This document shows positions 47,364 to 57,115 of a DNA stretch of 64,000 nt, one piece after another. The notes below the pieces were generated by a model. The model was not told where the DNA came from. It ran no database searches and saw only the letters and a program-made list of their open reading frames with translations. Within the stretch, counting starts at the first letter, position 1. Each line of letters starts with the position of its first letter. This DNA comes from an uncultured Clostridia bacterium (GTDB taxonomy: Bacteria; Bacillota; Clostridia; Oscillospirales; Ruminococcaceae). The position numbers and the translations under genes are program-made. The stretch lies in assembly GCA_947630845.1 (NCBI GenBank), contig CANRJB010000004.1, forward strand, positions 40,776 to 104,775, given 5' to 3'.

Positions 47364-47433
47364 AATAATTTGCGTTTCAAATTATTAAGCTTGCTTACAA
47401 ATTAAGTATAGCACATGCAAATTTATTTGTCAA
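47364..47433 (-). promoter_or_regulatory. promoter and repeat array upstream of the RHH-clpB operon
   Basis: Minus strand: TTGACA (47433-47428), 17-nt spacer, TATACT (47410-47405). CAAATT at 47378, 47398 and 47418 (exact 20-bp spacing), plus an inverted copy AATTTG at 47367-72. Confidence 0.55.
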
Positions 47434-47480
47434 GTGTTTTTTGAAAAATTTTTTTTGCGTGTCATTTTCCACAAAAGTAC

Positions 47481-47509
47481 TTGACATTCCTGTCATAATG
47501 CGGTACAAT
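47481..47509 (+). promoter_or_regulatory. promoter for the GH5 gene
   Basis: TTGACA, 17-nt spacer, TACAAT. Confidence 0.55.
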
Positions 47510-47556
47510 GATAATAGCAGAATGTTTCAGAAACATGAACAGAGGAGGTAATGCAA

Positions 47557-49410
47557 ATGAAATTTCTGAAAAGACTGGCAGCGTGCGCATCTGCACTTGC
47601 GCTCTGTGTCAGTACCGCAGCATCGGGAATGGGCTTGATGCAGGTCAATGCTGTGGATGATAATAATGACGACTGGCTTCATGCTGTCGGCAGCCGCCTG
47701 TACGATGCGCAGGGGAACGAGGTCTGGCTGACAGGTGCAAACTGGTTCGGATTGAATTGTACGGAAAATTTTCCCCATGGGTTATGGAGTGCCGATGTGG
47801 ATGAATTTCTGTCTTCCGTTGCAGACCATGGTATCAATATCATCCGTTTCCCGATTTCCACGGAATTGCTGCTGTCGTGGATGAATGGCAGCCCCTACCC
47901 CTGCGAGGGACTGAATCCCAAAAATGAGGACAGCTATAAATTCAATCCGGATTTCTGCAATCCCGACGGTACGGAAATGGACAGCATGGGGGTATTTGAT
48001 GTCATTATGCAGAAATGCAAGAAATACGGCATCAAGGCATTGGTGGACGTACACAGCCCTGCTTCCCACAATTCCGGACACAATTACAATCTCTGGTATT
48101 ATCAGTCCGGCGATGAAACCGCTGAAGATATGGCTTCCATAAAAGAAGAATACGGCGACACGGGCGCAGAAATTACATGGGATATGTGGATAGATTCCCT
48201 GACATGGCTTGCGGAAAAATATAAAAATGATGATACCATCATTGCCTATGACCTGAAAAATGAACCGCACGGCAAACGTGGCTATGATGGCTCTGTCTGC
48301 CCGGACAATATTGCCAAATGGGATGATTCCACCGACCTCAACAACTGGAAATATTCTGCGGAACAGTGTGCAAATTCCATTCTTGCCGTCAATCCCAATG
48401 CTTTGATTCTGATTGAAGGCGTGGAACAGTACCCCAAAACGGACAAAGGCTATACCTATGATACGCCGGATATCTGGAATGCCCCTGCGGATCAGTCCCC
48501 GTGGTACGGCGCATGGTGGGGCGGCAATCTGCGTGGCGTGCGGGATTATCCCGTTCAACCGGAAAGCGGCACGGGGCAGATCGTCTATTCTCCGCATGAT
48601 TACGGACCATCCGTCTACAATCAGACATGGTTCGATAAGGATTTCACCACACAGACACTGCTTGATGATTACTGGTACGACACATGGGCATATATCAATG
48701 AAGAGGACATTGCTCCGCTGCTCATTGGTGAGTGGGGCGGACATATGGATGCCGGAAAGAATCAGAAGTGGATGGAGCTGCTCCGTGATTACATGATCGA
48801 ACATCACATCAACCATACTTTCTGGTGCCTGAATCCAAATTCCGGCGATACCGGCGGACTGCTTGACAGTATGTTCAAAAATTGGGATGATGAGAAATAT
48901 ACCCTGTTTGAACCGTCCCTCTGGCAGACATCGGAGAGCGGCAAGTACATCGGTCTTGATCACCAGACACCGCTTGGACAGAATGGCACAGGTATTTCGG
49001 TTGCAGAGTATTATGCAAGCTACGCAGACAGTGAGGGCAGCAACCTCGATGCAGGTGGCAGCACCGAACCGAAAGATCCTGTTGTGACACCAACCGAAGC
49101 CACACAGCCAGTTACTTCAGAAGCAACAGAACCTGTGGAGACGGATGCGGAACCACAGCCGACAGATGCGCCTGCCACAGATACTGTGAAGCCGACTGAT
49201 GGTGAGGTCGTATATGGTGATGCGGATCTGGATGGTAAGGTTCAGATGGTTGATATGATACTGGTGAATAAATATCTCATGATCGGAGAGCTGATTACGG
49301 ATCAAGGAATGATCAATGCGGATGTCAACAGGGATGGCGAAGTGCAGGCAGACGATGGGTTGAATATCCTGCGTGCGGTCATTGATCTCGTCACGCTGCC
49401 CGTAGGGTAA
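47557..49410 (+). CDS. glycoside hydrolase family 5 (endoglucanase-like) with a C-terminal type I dockerin
   Basis: Signal peptide MKFLKRLAACASALALCVS. GH5 catalytic-acid motif YDLKNEPHG and probable nucleophile region LIGEWGG. T/P linker, then a duplicated dockerin Ca-binding repeat (DADLDGKVQMVDM / NADVNRDGEVQADD). Confidence 0.85.
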   Translation: MKFLKRLAACASALALCVSTAASGMGLMQVNAVDDNNDDWLHAVGSRLYDAQGNEVWLTGANWFGLNCTENFPHGLWSADVDEFLSSVADHGINIIRFPISTELLLSWMNGSPYPCEGLNPKNEDSYKFNPDFCNPDGTEMDSMGVFDVIMQKCKKYGIKALVDVHSPASHNSGHNYNLWYYQSGDETAEDMASIKEEYGDTGAEITWDMWIDSLTWLAEKYKNDDTIIAYDLKNEPHGKRGYDGSVCPDNIAKWDDSTDLNNWKYSAEQCANSILAVNPNALILIEGVEQYPKTDKGYTYDTPDIWNAPADQSPWYGAWWGGNLRGVRDYPVQPESGTGQIVYSPHDYGPSVYNQTWFDKDFTTQTLLDDYWYDTWAYINEEDIAPLLIGEWGGHMDAGKNQKWMELLRDYMIEHHINHTFWCLNPNSGDTGGLLDSMFKNWDDEKYTLFEPSLWQTSESGKYIGLDHQTPLGQNGTGISVAEYYASYADSEGSNLDAGGSTEPKDPVVTPTEATQPVTSEATEPVETDAEPQPTDAPATDTVKPTDGEVVYGDADLDGKVQMVDMILVNKYLMIGELITDQGMINADVNRDGEVQADDGLNILRAVIDLVTLPVG

Positions 49411-49422
49411 GAATTGTGTTTT

Positions 49423-49466
49423 CATGGATTCCTGTCTTTGATGGGAATCCATGACTTAATTTTATT
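49423..49466 (+). terminator. terminator after the GH5 gene
   Basis: CATGGATTCC/GGAATCCATG stem, then a T-rich tail. Confidence 0.65.
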
Positions 49467-49516
49467 AAAATAAAATGCCGTCACACTTAAAAAAGCAAAG
49501 TTTGAATGAAAGATTG

Positions 49517-49545
49517 TTGACAAAACTGAAAAAATGATGTACAAT
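49517..49545 (+). promoter_or_regulatory. promoter for gltBD
   Basis: TTGACA, 17-nt spacer, TACAAT. Confidence 0.6.
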
Positions 49546-49593
49546 AATGTCCGTAGACAGAGCACATCTGTCCTGAATACGGATACAAAAAGC

Positions 49594-49643
49594 AACGGCG
49601 CTTACACTTGGTTATAAGGGAGCAGTGCCGTTTTTTGTTTTTT
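49594..49643 (+). terminator. leader (attenuator) terminator between the gltB promoter and start codon
   Basis: AACGGCGCT/AGTGCCGTT stem (one G-U pair), 21-nt loop, then TTTTGTTTTTT. Located 22 nt before the gltB ATG. Confidence 0.65.
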
Positions 49644-49664
49644 CTATGTAGGAGAGTGATAGGA

Positions 49665-52600
49665 ATGGACAATTTCAGAAACATGCAGACCCATGCACCG
49701 GAGGGACTCTATGACCCACGTTTTGAGCATGACAACTGCGGCATTGGCGCAATTGTCAACATCAAGGGCATCCCGTCCCGGCGTGTCGTGGAGGATGCGC
49801 TGCATATCGTCGAGAACTTGGAACACCGTGCCGGAAAGGATGCGGAGGGCAAGACCGGCGACGGCGTCGGCATCCTGCTCCAGATCTCACACAGTTTTTT
49901 CTCAAAGGCTGCGAAGGAAGTCGGCATCACACTCGGCGATGCCCGGGATTATGGCGTGGGCATGTTCTTCTTTCCGCAGGATGAGCTGAAACGCCGTCAG
50001 GCAAAGAAACTGTTTGAGATCATCACTGAGAAAGAGGGAATGCATTTTCTTGGCTGGCGTGAAGTGCCGACCGTTCCGGAAGTACTGGGCGAGAAGGCAC
50101 TGGGCAGCATGCCGAGCATCTGGCAGGGCTTTGTGGAGCGTCCGGAGGGATGTGAGAAGGGAATTGCCTTTGATCGCCGTCTGTATGTCGCAAGGCGTGT
50201 TTTTGAGCAGAGCAATGAGAATACCTATGTCGTATCACTTTCGAGCCGTACCATCGTCTACAAGGGCATGTTCCTCGTGAGCGAGCTGCGTCAATTCTTC
50301 CCGGATCTACAGGATGAGGGCTATGAATCGGCAATTGCAACTGTGCATTCTCGTTTCAGCACCAATACCATCCCGAGTTGGCAGAAGGCACACCCGAATC
50401 GTTTCATCGTTCATAATGGCGAGATCAACACCATCACCGGCAATGCCGACAAGATGCTTGCCCGTGAGGAATCCATGCACTGTAACATCCTGAAAGATGA
50501 GATGCACAAGCTCCTGCCGATTTTAGATGTCAATGGTTCTGACTCTGCACGTCTGGACAATACACTGGAATTTCTGGTCATGTCCGGCATGCCTTTGCCG
50601 CTTGCAGTCATGATCCTGATTCCGGAGCCGTGGAAAAATAACCGTACTATGAGCCGTGACAAGCGGGATTTCTATCAGTATTATGCGACCATGATGGAAC
50701 CGTGGGATGGTCCTGCTTCCATCCTGTTTTCTGATGGTGATGTCATGGGTGCAGTACTGGACAGAAACGGTCTGCGTCCGTCCAGATATTATGTCACTGA
50801 TGATGGTTTCCTGATCCTGTCGTCCGAGGTCGGCACACTTGATCTTCCGCCGGAGCATATCCTTCAGAAGGACAGACTGCGCCCCGGCAAGATGCTGCTG
50901 GTGGATACCGTGCAGGGAAGGGTCATTGACGATGAGGAACTGAAACAGTCCTATGCCTGCCGTCAGCCGTATGGAGAATGGCTGGACAGCAACCTTGTCC
51001 GTCTCCGTCAGCTTCATATCCCGAACCGCAATATCGGACATTTCACACATGAAAAACTGTCCCAGATGCAGAAGGCATTTGGCTACACCTATGAGGAGAT
51101 CCGGAATGCGATCCTGCCGATGGCAGAAAAGAATGCAGAGCCGATCGCCTCCATGGGTGCAGATGACCCGCTGCCGCCCCTTTCCGGGATGCAGCCGCCG
51201 CTGTTTGATTATTTCCGGCAGCTTTTCGCACAGGTCACCAATCCGCCGTTTGATGCCATCCGTGAGGAAGTTGTGACAGATACGTCTGTCTACATCGGTT
51301 CAGACGGCAATGTGCTGGAGGAAAAGGCAGATAATTGTCATGTGCTGCGTGTGGATAACCCCATCCTCACCAACACGGATATGCTGAAGATCAAGTACAT
51401 GAAAGAGCCGGGACTCCGGACGGAAGTCATCCCGATCACTTATTATAAGAATACTTCACTGAAAAATGCAATCCGGCAGCTCTTTATCCGTGCCGACAAG
51501 GCGTATCAGGACGGCGCAAACATCCTGATCCTGTCCGACCGGGATGTGGACGAATACCATGTTCCGATCCCGTCGCTGCTTGCGGTATCGGCATTGCAGC
51601 AGCATCTTGTGGCAACAAGAAAGCGCACGGCACTGGCACTCATTCTCGAAAGTGCCGAGCCGAGAGAGGTGCATCATTTTGCAACGCTGTTGGGCTATGG
51701 TGCATGTGCAGTCAATCCGTATCTGGCGCATGAGACTATCCGTGAGCTGACAGAGACGGGTGCATTGGATAAGGATTTCTATGCCGCAGAATCGGACTAT
51801 GACACCTGCATACTGCACGGCATTGTCAAGATCGCATCCAAGATGGGCATTTCTACCATCCAGTCCTATCAGGGTGCAAAGCTCTTTGAGGCTGTCGGAG
51901 TCAGTCAGGAAGTCATCCACGAGTATTTCACGGGCACAGTCAGCCGTGTGGGAGGCATCACGCTCAAGGAGATCGGCGAGCGGGTGGAAAATCTGCATTC
52001 CTCAGCATTTGATCCGTTAGGACTGGGAACGGAGACAGAGGTTTCCAGCATGGGTAAGCATAAGATGCGTGCCGGACGTGAGGAGCATCTCTACACGCCG
52101 GAAACCATTCATCTGCTCCAGAAGGCAAGCCGCACGGGCGATTATGAGACATATAAGCAGTATGCTGCTGCTGTGCATAAAGAAGGCAGGAGTATGCAGC
52201 TGCGTGACATGCTGGAGTTTGTGTATCCTGAGGACGGCGGCATTCCGCTTGAGGAAGTTGAGCCGGTCGAGAGCATTTTGAAGCGATTCAAGACCGGTGC
52301 GATGTCCTACGGTTCTATTTCGCAGGAGGCGCATGAGACGCTTGCTCTTGCCATGAACCGTATTGGCGGCAAATCAAACTCCGGTGAAGGCGGCGAAAGT
52401 CCTGAACGTCTTGCAACTGCCGGCACAGCCGAGGACAAATCCTCTGCCATCAAGCAGGTGGCATCCGGACGATTCGGCGTTACATCGGAATACCTTGTCA
52501 GTGCCAAGGAGTTGCAGATCAAGTGCGCACAAGGTGCAAAGCCCGGCGAGGGCGGACATCTGCCGGCAGCGAAAGTGTATCCGTGGATCGCAAAGACCCG

Positions 52601-54197
52601 TCATTCTACGCCGGGTGTGGGACTGATCTCACCGCCGCCGCATCATGATATCTATTCCATCGAGGATCTGGCACAGCTGATCTATGACCTGAAAAATGCC
52701 AATGTGGATGCCCGCATTTCCGTCAAGCTTGTTTCGGAGGCAGGTGTCGGTACAGTTGCCGCAGGTGTGGCGAAGGCAGGCGCAGGCGTTGTGTTGATTT
52801 CGGGCTATGACGGCGGCACAGGTGCTGCTCCGGCAACTTCTATTCACCATGCCGGACTTCCGTGGGAGCTGGGTATTGCAGAGACACATCAGACACTGGT
52901 ACTCAACGGACTGCGTTCCCGTGTGGTTGTGGAGACGGACGGCAAGCTCATGACGGGACGTGATGTGCTTGTGGCTGCACTGCTTGGTGCAGAGGAATAC
53001 GGCTTTGCGACTGCACCGCTCGTGACAATGGGCTGTATGATGATGCGTGTATGCAATCTGGACACATGTCCGGTCGGCATTGCAACACAGAATCCGGAGC
53101 TGCGCAAGCGTTTCAGCGGCAAGCCGGAGTATGTGGTGAATTTCTTCCGTTTTGTGGCAGAGGAATTCCGGGAGTATATGGCAAAGCTTGGCGTGCGCAC
53201 CGTGGATGAGCTGATCGGACGGACTGATCTGCTGCGTGTGAAACCCTCAGAGGACGGCAGCAGGGAGCATCTGATGGATCTGTCTGCACTGCTGCACAAG
53301 AGCGAGCCATGTCATTTTGAACCGAAGGATGCCTACGATTTCCATCTGGAGGAAACATTGGATGAGAAGGTACTTCTGAAAAAACTCTCTGGTCACAAAA
53401 AGCATATTGAACTCAATGTCACCAACACAGACAGGACGTTCGGCACGATGTTCGGTTCTGCACTGACAAGAAAATACGGTGAGACACTGGAAGACGATAC
53501 CTACCATGTGAAGTGTACGGGTTCGGGCGGACAGAGTTTCGGTGCCTTTATCCCGAAGGGTCTGACACTGGAATTATGTGGCGACAGCAATGACTACTTC
53601 GGCAAGGGATTGTCCGGCGGACGTCTGGTCGTCTATCCTCCTGCAAATGCAGCATTCAAGGCAGAGGACAATATCATCGTCGGCAATGTGGCACTCTATG
53701 GTGCGACCTCTGGCAGAGTCTTTATCAGCGGTGTTGCAGGCGAACGGTTTGCAGTGCGCAATTCCGGTGCATATGCGGTCGTTGAAGGTGTCGGCGATCA
53801 TGGATGTGAATATATGACAGGCGGCAGAGTCGTCGTGTTAGGGCGTACCGGAAAGAACTTTGCAGCCGGTATGAGCGGCGGCATTGCGTATGTACTGGAT
53901 GAAGAGCGTGATCTCTACATGCGGCTCAACAAAGAATTGGTTTCCTTGCAGGAGGTCACGGAAAAATATGATGTGCTGGAGCTGAAAGCTTTGATCGAGG
54001 AGCATGTTGAGGCGACCGGTTCGGAAAAGGGCAGACGTATTCTGGACAGTTTTGAGGATTATCTGCCGAAATTCAAGAAGATCCTGCCTCATGATTATGC
54101 AAGAATGCGTCAGGCAATTCTGAAAATGGAAGAAAAAGGCATGGATTCCGAACAGGCAGAGATCGAAGCATTCTATCTCACGGTTCACAACGGGTAA
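49665..54197 (+). CDS. gltB: glutamate synthase large subunit
   Basis: Start moved to ATG 49665 (GGAGAG SD). Ntn catalytic Cys in FEHDNCGIGA. About 1510 aa with FMN/Fe-S central and C-terminal GXGXG domains. Confidence 0.95.
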   Translation: MDNFRNMQTHAPEGLYDPRFEHDNCGIGAIVNIKGIPSRRVVEDALHIVENLEHRAGKDAEGKTGDGVGILLQISHSFFSKAAKEVGITLGDARDYGVGMFFFPQDELKRRQAKKLFEIITEKEGMHFLGWREVPTVPEVLGEKALGSMPSIWQGFVERPEGCEKGIAFDRRLYVARRVFEQSNENTYVVSLSSRTIVYKGMFLVSELRQFFPDLQDEGYESAIATVHSRFSTNTIPSWQKAHPNRFIVHNGEINTITGNADKMLAREESMHCNILKDEMHKLLPILDVNGSDSARLDNTLEFLVMSGMPLPLAVMILIPEPWKNNRTMSRDKRDFYQYYATMMEPWDGPASILFSDGDVMGAVLDRNGLRPSRYYVTDDGFLILSSEVGTLDLPPEHILQKDRLRPGKMLLVDTVQGRVIDDEELKQSYACRQPYGEWLDSNLVRLRQLHIPNRNIGHFTHEKLSQMQKAFGYTYEEIRNAILPMAEKNAEPIASMGADDPLPPLSGMQPPLFDYFRQLFAQVTNPPFDAIREEVVTDTSVYIGSDGNVLEEKADNCHVLRVDNPILTNTDMLKIKYMKEPGLRTEVIPITYYKNTSLKNAIRQLFIRADKAYQDGANILILSDRDVDEYHVPIPSLLAVSALQQHLVATRKRTALALILESAEPREVHHFATLLGYGACAVNPYLAHETIRELTETGALDKDFYAAESDYDTCILHGIVKIASKMGISTIQSYQGAKLFEAVGVSQEVIHEYFTGTVSRVGGITLKEIGERVENLHSSAFDPLGLGTETEVSSMGKHKMRAGREEHLYTPETIHLLQKASRTGDYETYKQYAAAVHKEGRSMQLRDMLEFVYPEDGGIPLEEVEPVESILKRFKTGAMSYGSISQEAHETLALAMNRIGGKSNSGEGGESPERLATAGTAEDKSSAIKQVASGRFGVTSEYLVSAKELQIKCAQGAKPGEGGHLPAAKVYPWIAKTRHSTPGVGLISPPPHHDIYSIEDLAQLIYDLKNANVDARISVKLVSEAGVGTVAAGVAKAGAGVVLISGYDGGTGAAPATSIHHAGLPWELGIAETHQTLVLNGLRSRVVVETDGKLMTGRDVLVAALLGAEEYGFATAPLVTMGCMMMRVCNLDTCPVGIATQNPELRKRFSGKPEYVVNFFRFVAEEFREYMAKLGVRTVDELIGRTDLLRVKPSEDGSREHLMDLSALLHKSEPCHFEPKDAYDFHLEETLDEKVLLKKLSGHKKHIELNVTNTDRTFGTMFGSALTRKYGETLEDDTYHVKCTGSGGQSFGAFIPKGLTLELCGDSNDYFGKGLSGGRLVVYPPANAAFKAEDNIIVGNVALYGATSGRVFISGVAGERFAVRNSGAYAVVEGVGDHGCEYMTGGRVVVLGRTGKNFAAGMSGGIAYVLDEERDLYMRLNKELVSLQEVTEKYDVLELKALIEEHVEATGSEKGRRILDSFEDYLPKFKKILPHDYARMRQAILKMEEKGMDSEQAEIEAFYLTVHNG

Positions 54198-54209
54198 GGA
54201 GGAGCAGCA

Positions 54210-55658
54210 ATGGGAAAACCTACAGGTTTTATGGAATATACACGCTGCCGGAACTATGATGTTCCGGCAGAGGAACGCATTCAGAATTTCGAGGAGCTGC
54301 ACACCCCCTTGTCGGAAAAGGAGCGGAAGGAGCAGGCAGCACGGTGTATGGACTGTGGAGTGCCGTTCTGTCAGTCGGACTATGGCTGTCCGCTGCACAA
54401 TCTGATTCCGGAGTGGAATGATCTGCTGTACCGGGGTGAATATGACGAGGCGGCAAAGCGGCTGCTCATGACGAACAACTTCCCGGAATTTACATCGAGA
54501 GTATGTCCTGCCCTCTGTGAGACGGCATGTATCTGCAATCTGCACGGCGAGCCGGTCACGACGAGAGACAATGAGAATTTTATTATCGAGCATGCCTTTT
54601 CGACTGGAAAGATGCAGCCACGCATCCCGGCAGTACGGAGTGAAAAACATGTGGCAGTGATCGGTTCCGGACCTGCCGGACTTGCTGCGGCTGATCAGTT
54701 GAACCGGCGTGGGCATTCGGTGACGGTGTTTGAGCGTTCGGATAGGATCGGCGGACTGCTGATGTACGGCATCCCGAATATGAAGCTTGACAAGAAGGTC
54801 ATAGAGCGGCGCATAGAGCTGATGAAGGCAGAGGGCGTGGAATTCCGCACGAATACTGATGTCGGAAGGGAGTATCATGCATCACGCATTCTTAAAAAAT
54901 ATGATGCCGTGATCTTGGCATGCGGTGCATCCAATCCGAGGGATCTTGATGCGCCCGGACGGGATGCGGAAGGGATCCATTTTGCTGTGCCTTACCTGAC
55001 GGCAGCGACGAAGGCAGTTCTTTCCGGTGCGGTATCCGACATCTCCGCAGAGGGGAAGCATGTGATCGTAGTCGGCGGCGGCGACACGGGTAATGACTGC
55101 GTGGGCACTGCCATCCGACAGGGAGCAGCATCGGTCATTCAGCTTGAAATGATGCCCAGACTTCCGGATACCCGTGCGGAAAACAATCCCTATCCGGAGT
55201 ATCCACGTGTCTGCAAGACAGACTATGGTCAGGAGGAGGCAATTGCTGTATTCGGCAGCGACCCCAGAATTTATGAAACGACCATCAAGGAATTTCTGAA
55301 AGACGAAAACGGTCATCTGCGTGCGATCATAGCCGTGAAGGTGCATTTTGAGACGAACGATGAGGGCAAGCGTGTGATGGTGTACGGTGAGGAATGGGAA
55401 ATACCGGCGGAGATGGTGCTGATTGCTGCGGGCTTTTTAGGAGCAGAGCAGTATATTGCAGACGCTTTTGGCGTGGCACTGACCGCAAGGACGAACATCG
55501 AAACGCTCCCCGGCACGTATGAAACAGCCGTGCCGAAGGTGTTTGCCGCAGGGGATGTGCATCGTGGGCAGTCGCTTGTGGTGCGTGCCATTGCGGAGGG
55601 CAGGGCTGCCGCAAGAGAGGCAGACCAGTACCTGATAGGGTATACCAATCTGGCGTAA
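54210..55658 (+). CDS. gltD: glutamate synthase small subunit (NADPH)
   Basis: 482 aa, N-terminal Cys clusters (CMDCGVPFC), GSGPAGLAAA dinucleotide motif. Confidence 0.93.
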   Translation: MGKPTGFMEYTRCRNYDVPAEERIQNFEELHTPLSEKERKEQAARCMDCGVPFCQSDYGCPLHNLIPEWNDLLYRGEYDEAAKRLLMTNNFPEFTSRVCPALCETACICNLHGEPVTTRDNENFIIEHAFSTGKMQPRIPAVRSEKHVAVIGSGPAGLAAADQLNRRGHSVTVFERSDRIGGLLMYGIPNMKLDKKVIERRIELMKAEGVEFRTNTDVGREYHASRILKKYDAVILACGASNPRDLDAPGRDAEGIHFAVPYLTAATKAVLSGAVSDISAEGKHVIVVGGGDTGNDCVGTAIRQGAASVIQLEMMPRLPDTRAENNPYPEYPRVCKTDYGQEEAIAVFGSDPRIYETTIKEFLKDENGHLRAIIAVKVHFETNDEGKRVMVYGEEWEIPAEMVLIAAGFLGAEQYIADAFGVALTARTNIETLPGTYETAVPKVFAAGDVHRGQSLVVRAIAEGRAAAREADQYLIGYTNLA

Positions 55659-55684
55659 TGCCATTGTAAGAGGTGAGGTAAATG

Positions 55685-55714
55685 CCCCGGTGTCAGTCTG
55701 TGCTGACACCGGGG
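55685..55714 (+). terminator. hairpin after gltD
   Basis: Perfect 12-bp stem CCCCGGTGTCAG/CTGACACCGGGG with no T-run. A second hairpin ACCCATG-AAA-CATGGGT plus TTTT lies at 55768-55788. Confidence 0.5.
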
Positions 55715-55931
55715 AACAGCCGACTTAGTAAAAATGACTAAAAAAGCACCTGAAAACACCCCGTCAGACCCATGAAACATGGGTTTTTCCGTGCAAAATA
55801 TCTAAAAATGGTATGAGTAACCCTTTTGTAACAAATGAAAAAATAGGCTGATTTTATTGTGATAATATACAAAAAATAAACATAACTTTTGTACATAACA
55901 TTCAAAAAAAGTGAAAGAATGGTTTTTTGCA

Positions 55932-55960
55932 TTGACTTTTTACGCAGAGTGTTGTATAGT
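55932..55960 (+). promoter_or_regulatory. promoter for the LacI-family gene
   Basis: TTGACT, 17-nt spacer, TATAGT. Confidence 0.5.
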
Positions 55961-56038
55961 TAATTTAGTGAAAGCAAGCATTCTGCCTGAATCATGGGTG
56001 GAATACTGGAGAAATGAAAGATCAGTAGGTGTTAGATA

Positions 56039-57049
56039 ATGGTTTCGATTAAAGACATTGCTCGGGTATGTGGTGTTTCTACGGCAACCGTTAGCAAGGC
56101 ACTGAACAATCGTGAGGATGTGAATCCGCAGACAAGAGAACGTGTGAGAGAAGCTGCCAGACAATTCGGCTATCTGCCTAATGCTATGGCAAGAGCTTTG
56201 AAAACCAATAAGACCTATAATATTGGAGTGCTTATGGTGGACAAGGCGGAAAGCGGTCTCAGACATCACTTCTTTGCTTCCATTCTCGATAGTTTCAAGG
56301 TCACGATGGAACAAAACGGTTATGATCTGACATTCATCAGTAACCGAATCGGCAGCCAGACCTGTTCCTATTATGAGCATTGCATGTACCGGAATGTGGA
56401 CGGCGTGCTTGCGGCATGTGTGGATTTCTCTACGCCGGAGGTGCAGGAGCTTATGGCAAGCGGTTTGCCGGTCGTTTCTGTGGATTATGTGTCGGATGGC
56501 AACTATGCAGTTGCCTCTGATAATGCAGAGGGTATCCGGAGCGCAGTGGAATATGTGCTGCGGAAGGGTCATTCAAGGCTTGCTTTGATCTATGGTGAGG
56601 ATTCACAGGTCACAAAGCTGCGGAAGCATGCATTTGTGGAAACTTTGAAAGCTCATCAGTGTGAAGTAAATGAGGAATGGATGTTACAGGGCAAATACCT
56701 TCACCCGGAACTGGCGGCAGAGCTGACGCAGAAACTGCTTGCAATGGAAAATCCGCCGGAATGCATATTCTATCCGGATGATGTGTGCGCTGTATCAGGG
56801 ATGGAAGCCATCCGCAACGCAGGGTATGAGCCCGGCAGGGAAGTGTCGGTCGTCGGTTATGACGGGCATCCGATCATTCAGATGCTTGAACCGCATCTGA
56901 CAACTTTCAGACAGGATACGGAGCTGATCGGTACAAATGCTGCGGAGCTGCTGCTCAGAATACTTCACAAAGATGAAATTCCGGATTCTGAACGTATCCG
57001 CAGTGTAAGCGGAAAACTTCTGGAAGGGGAAACAGTGGCACAGTTGTGA
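56039..57049 (+). CDS. LacI family transcriptional regulator
   Basis: HTH MVSIKDIARVCGVSTATVSKALNNRE, periplasmic-binding-like core. Confidence 0.9.
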   Translation: MVSIKDIARVCGVSTATVSKALNNREDVNPQTRERVREAARQFGYLPNAMARALKTNKTYNIGVLMVDKAESGLRHHFFASILDSFKVTMEQNGYDLTFISNRIGSQTCSYYEHCMYRNVDGVLAACVDFSTPEVQELMASGLPVVSVDYVSDGNYAVASDNAEGIRSAVEYVLRKGHSRLALIYGEDSQVTKLRKHAFVETLKAHQCEVNEEWMLQGKYLHPELAAELTQKLLAMENPPECIFYPDDVCAVSGMEAIRNAGYEPGREVSVVGYDGHPIIQMLEPHLTTFRQDTELIGTNAAELLLRILHKDEIPDSERIRSVSGKLLEGETVAQL

Positions 57050-57115
57050 TGTGCCGGATAAAATACGCTATATTGCCTTAGGGTGGTATAAATACAATTT
57101 AAGGAGGGTTTCACA

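Noticed and set aside
46694-47440. Classical heat-shock operators (CtsR box, CIRCE) for clpB.
   Set aside because: I searched the clpB and RHH-gene upstream regions by eye and found neither consensus. This absence is reported as part of the RHH-clpB finding rather than as a feature.
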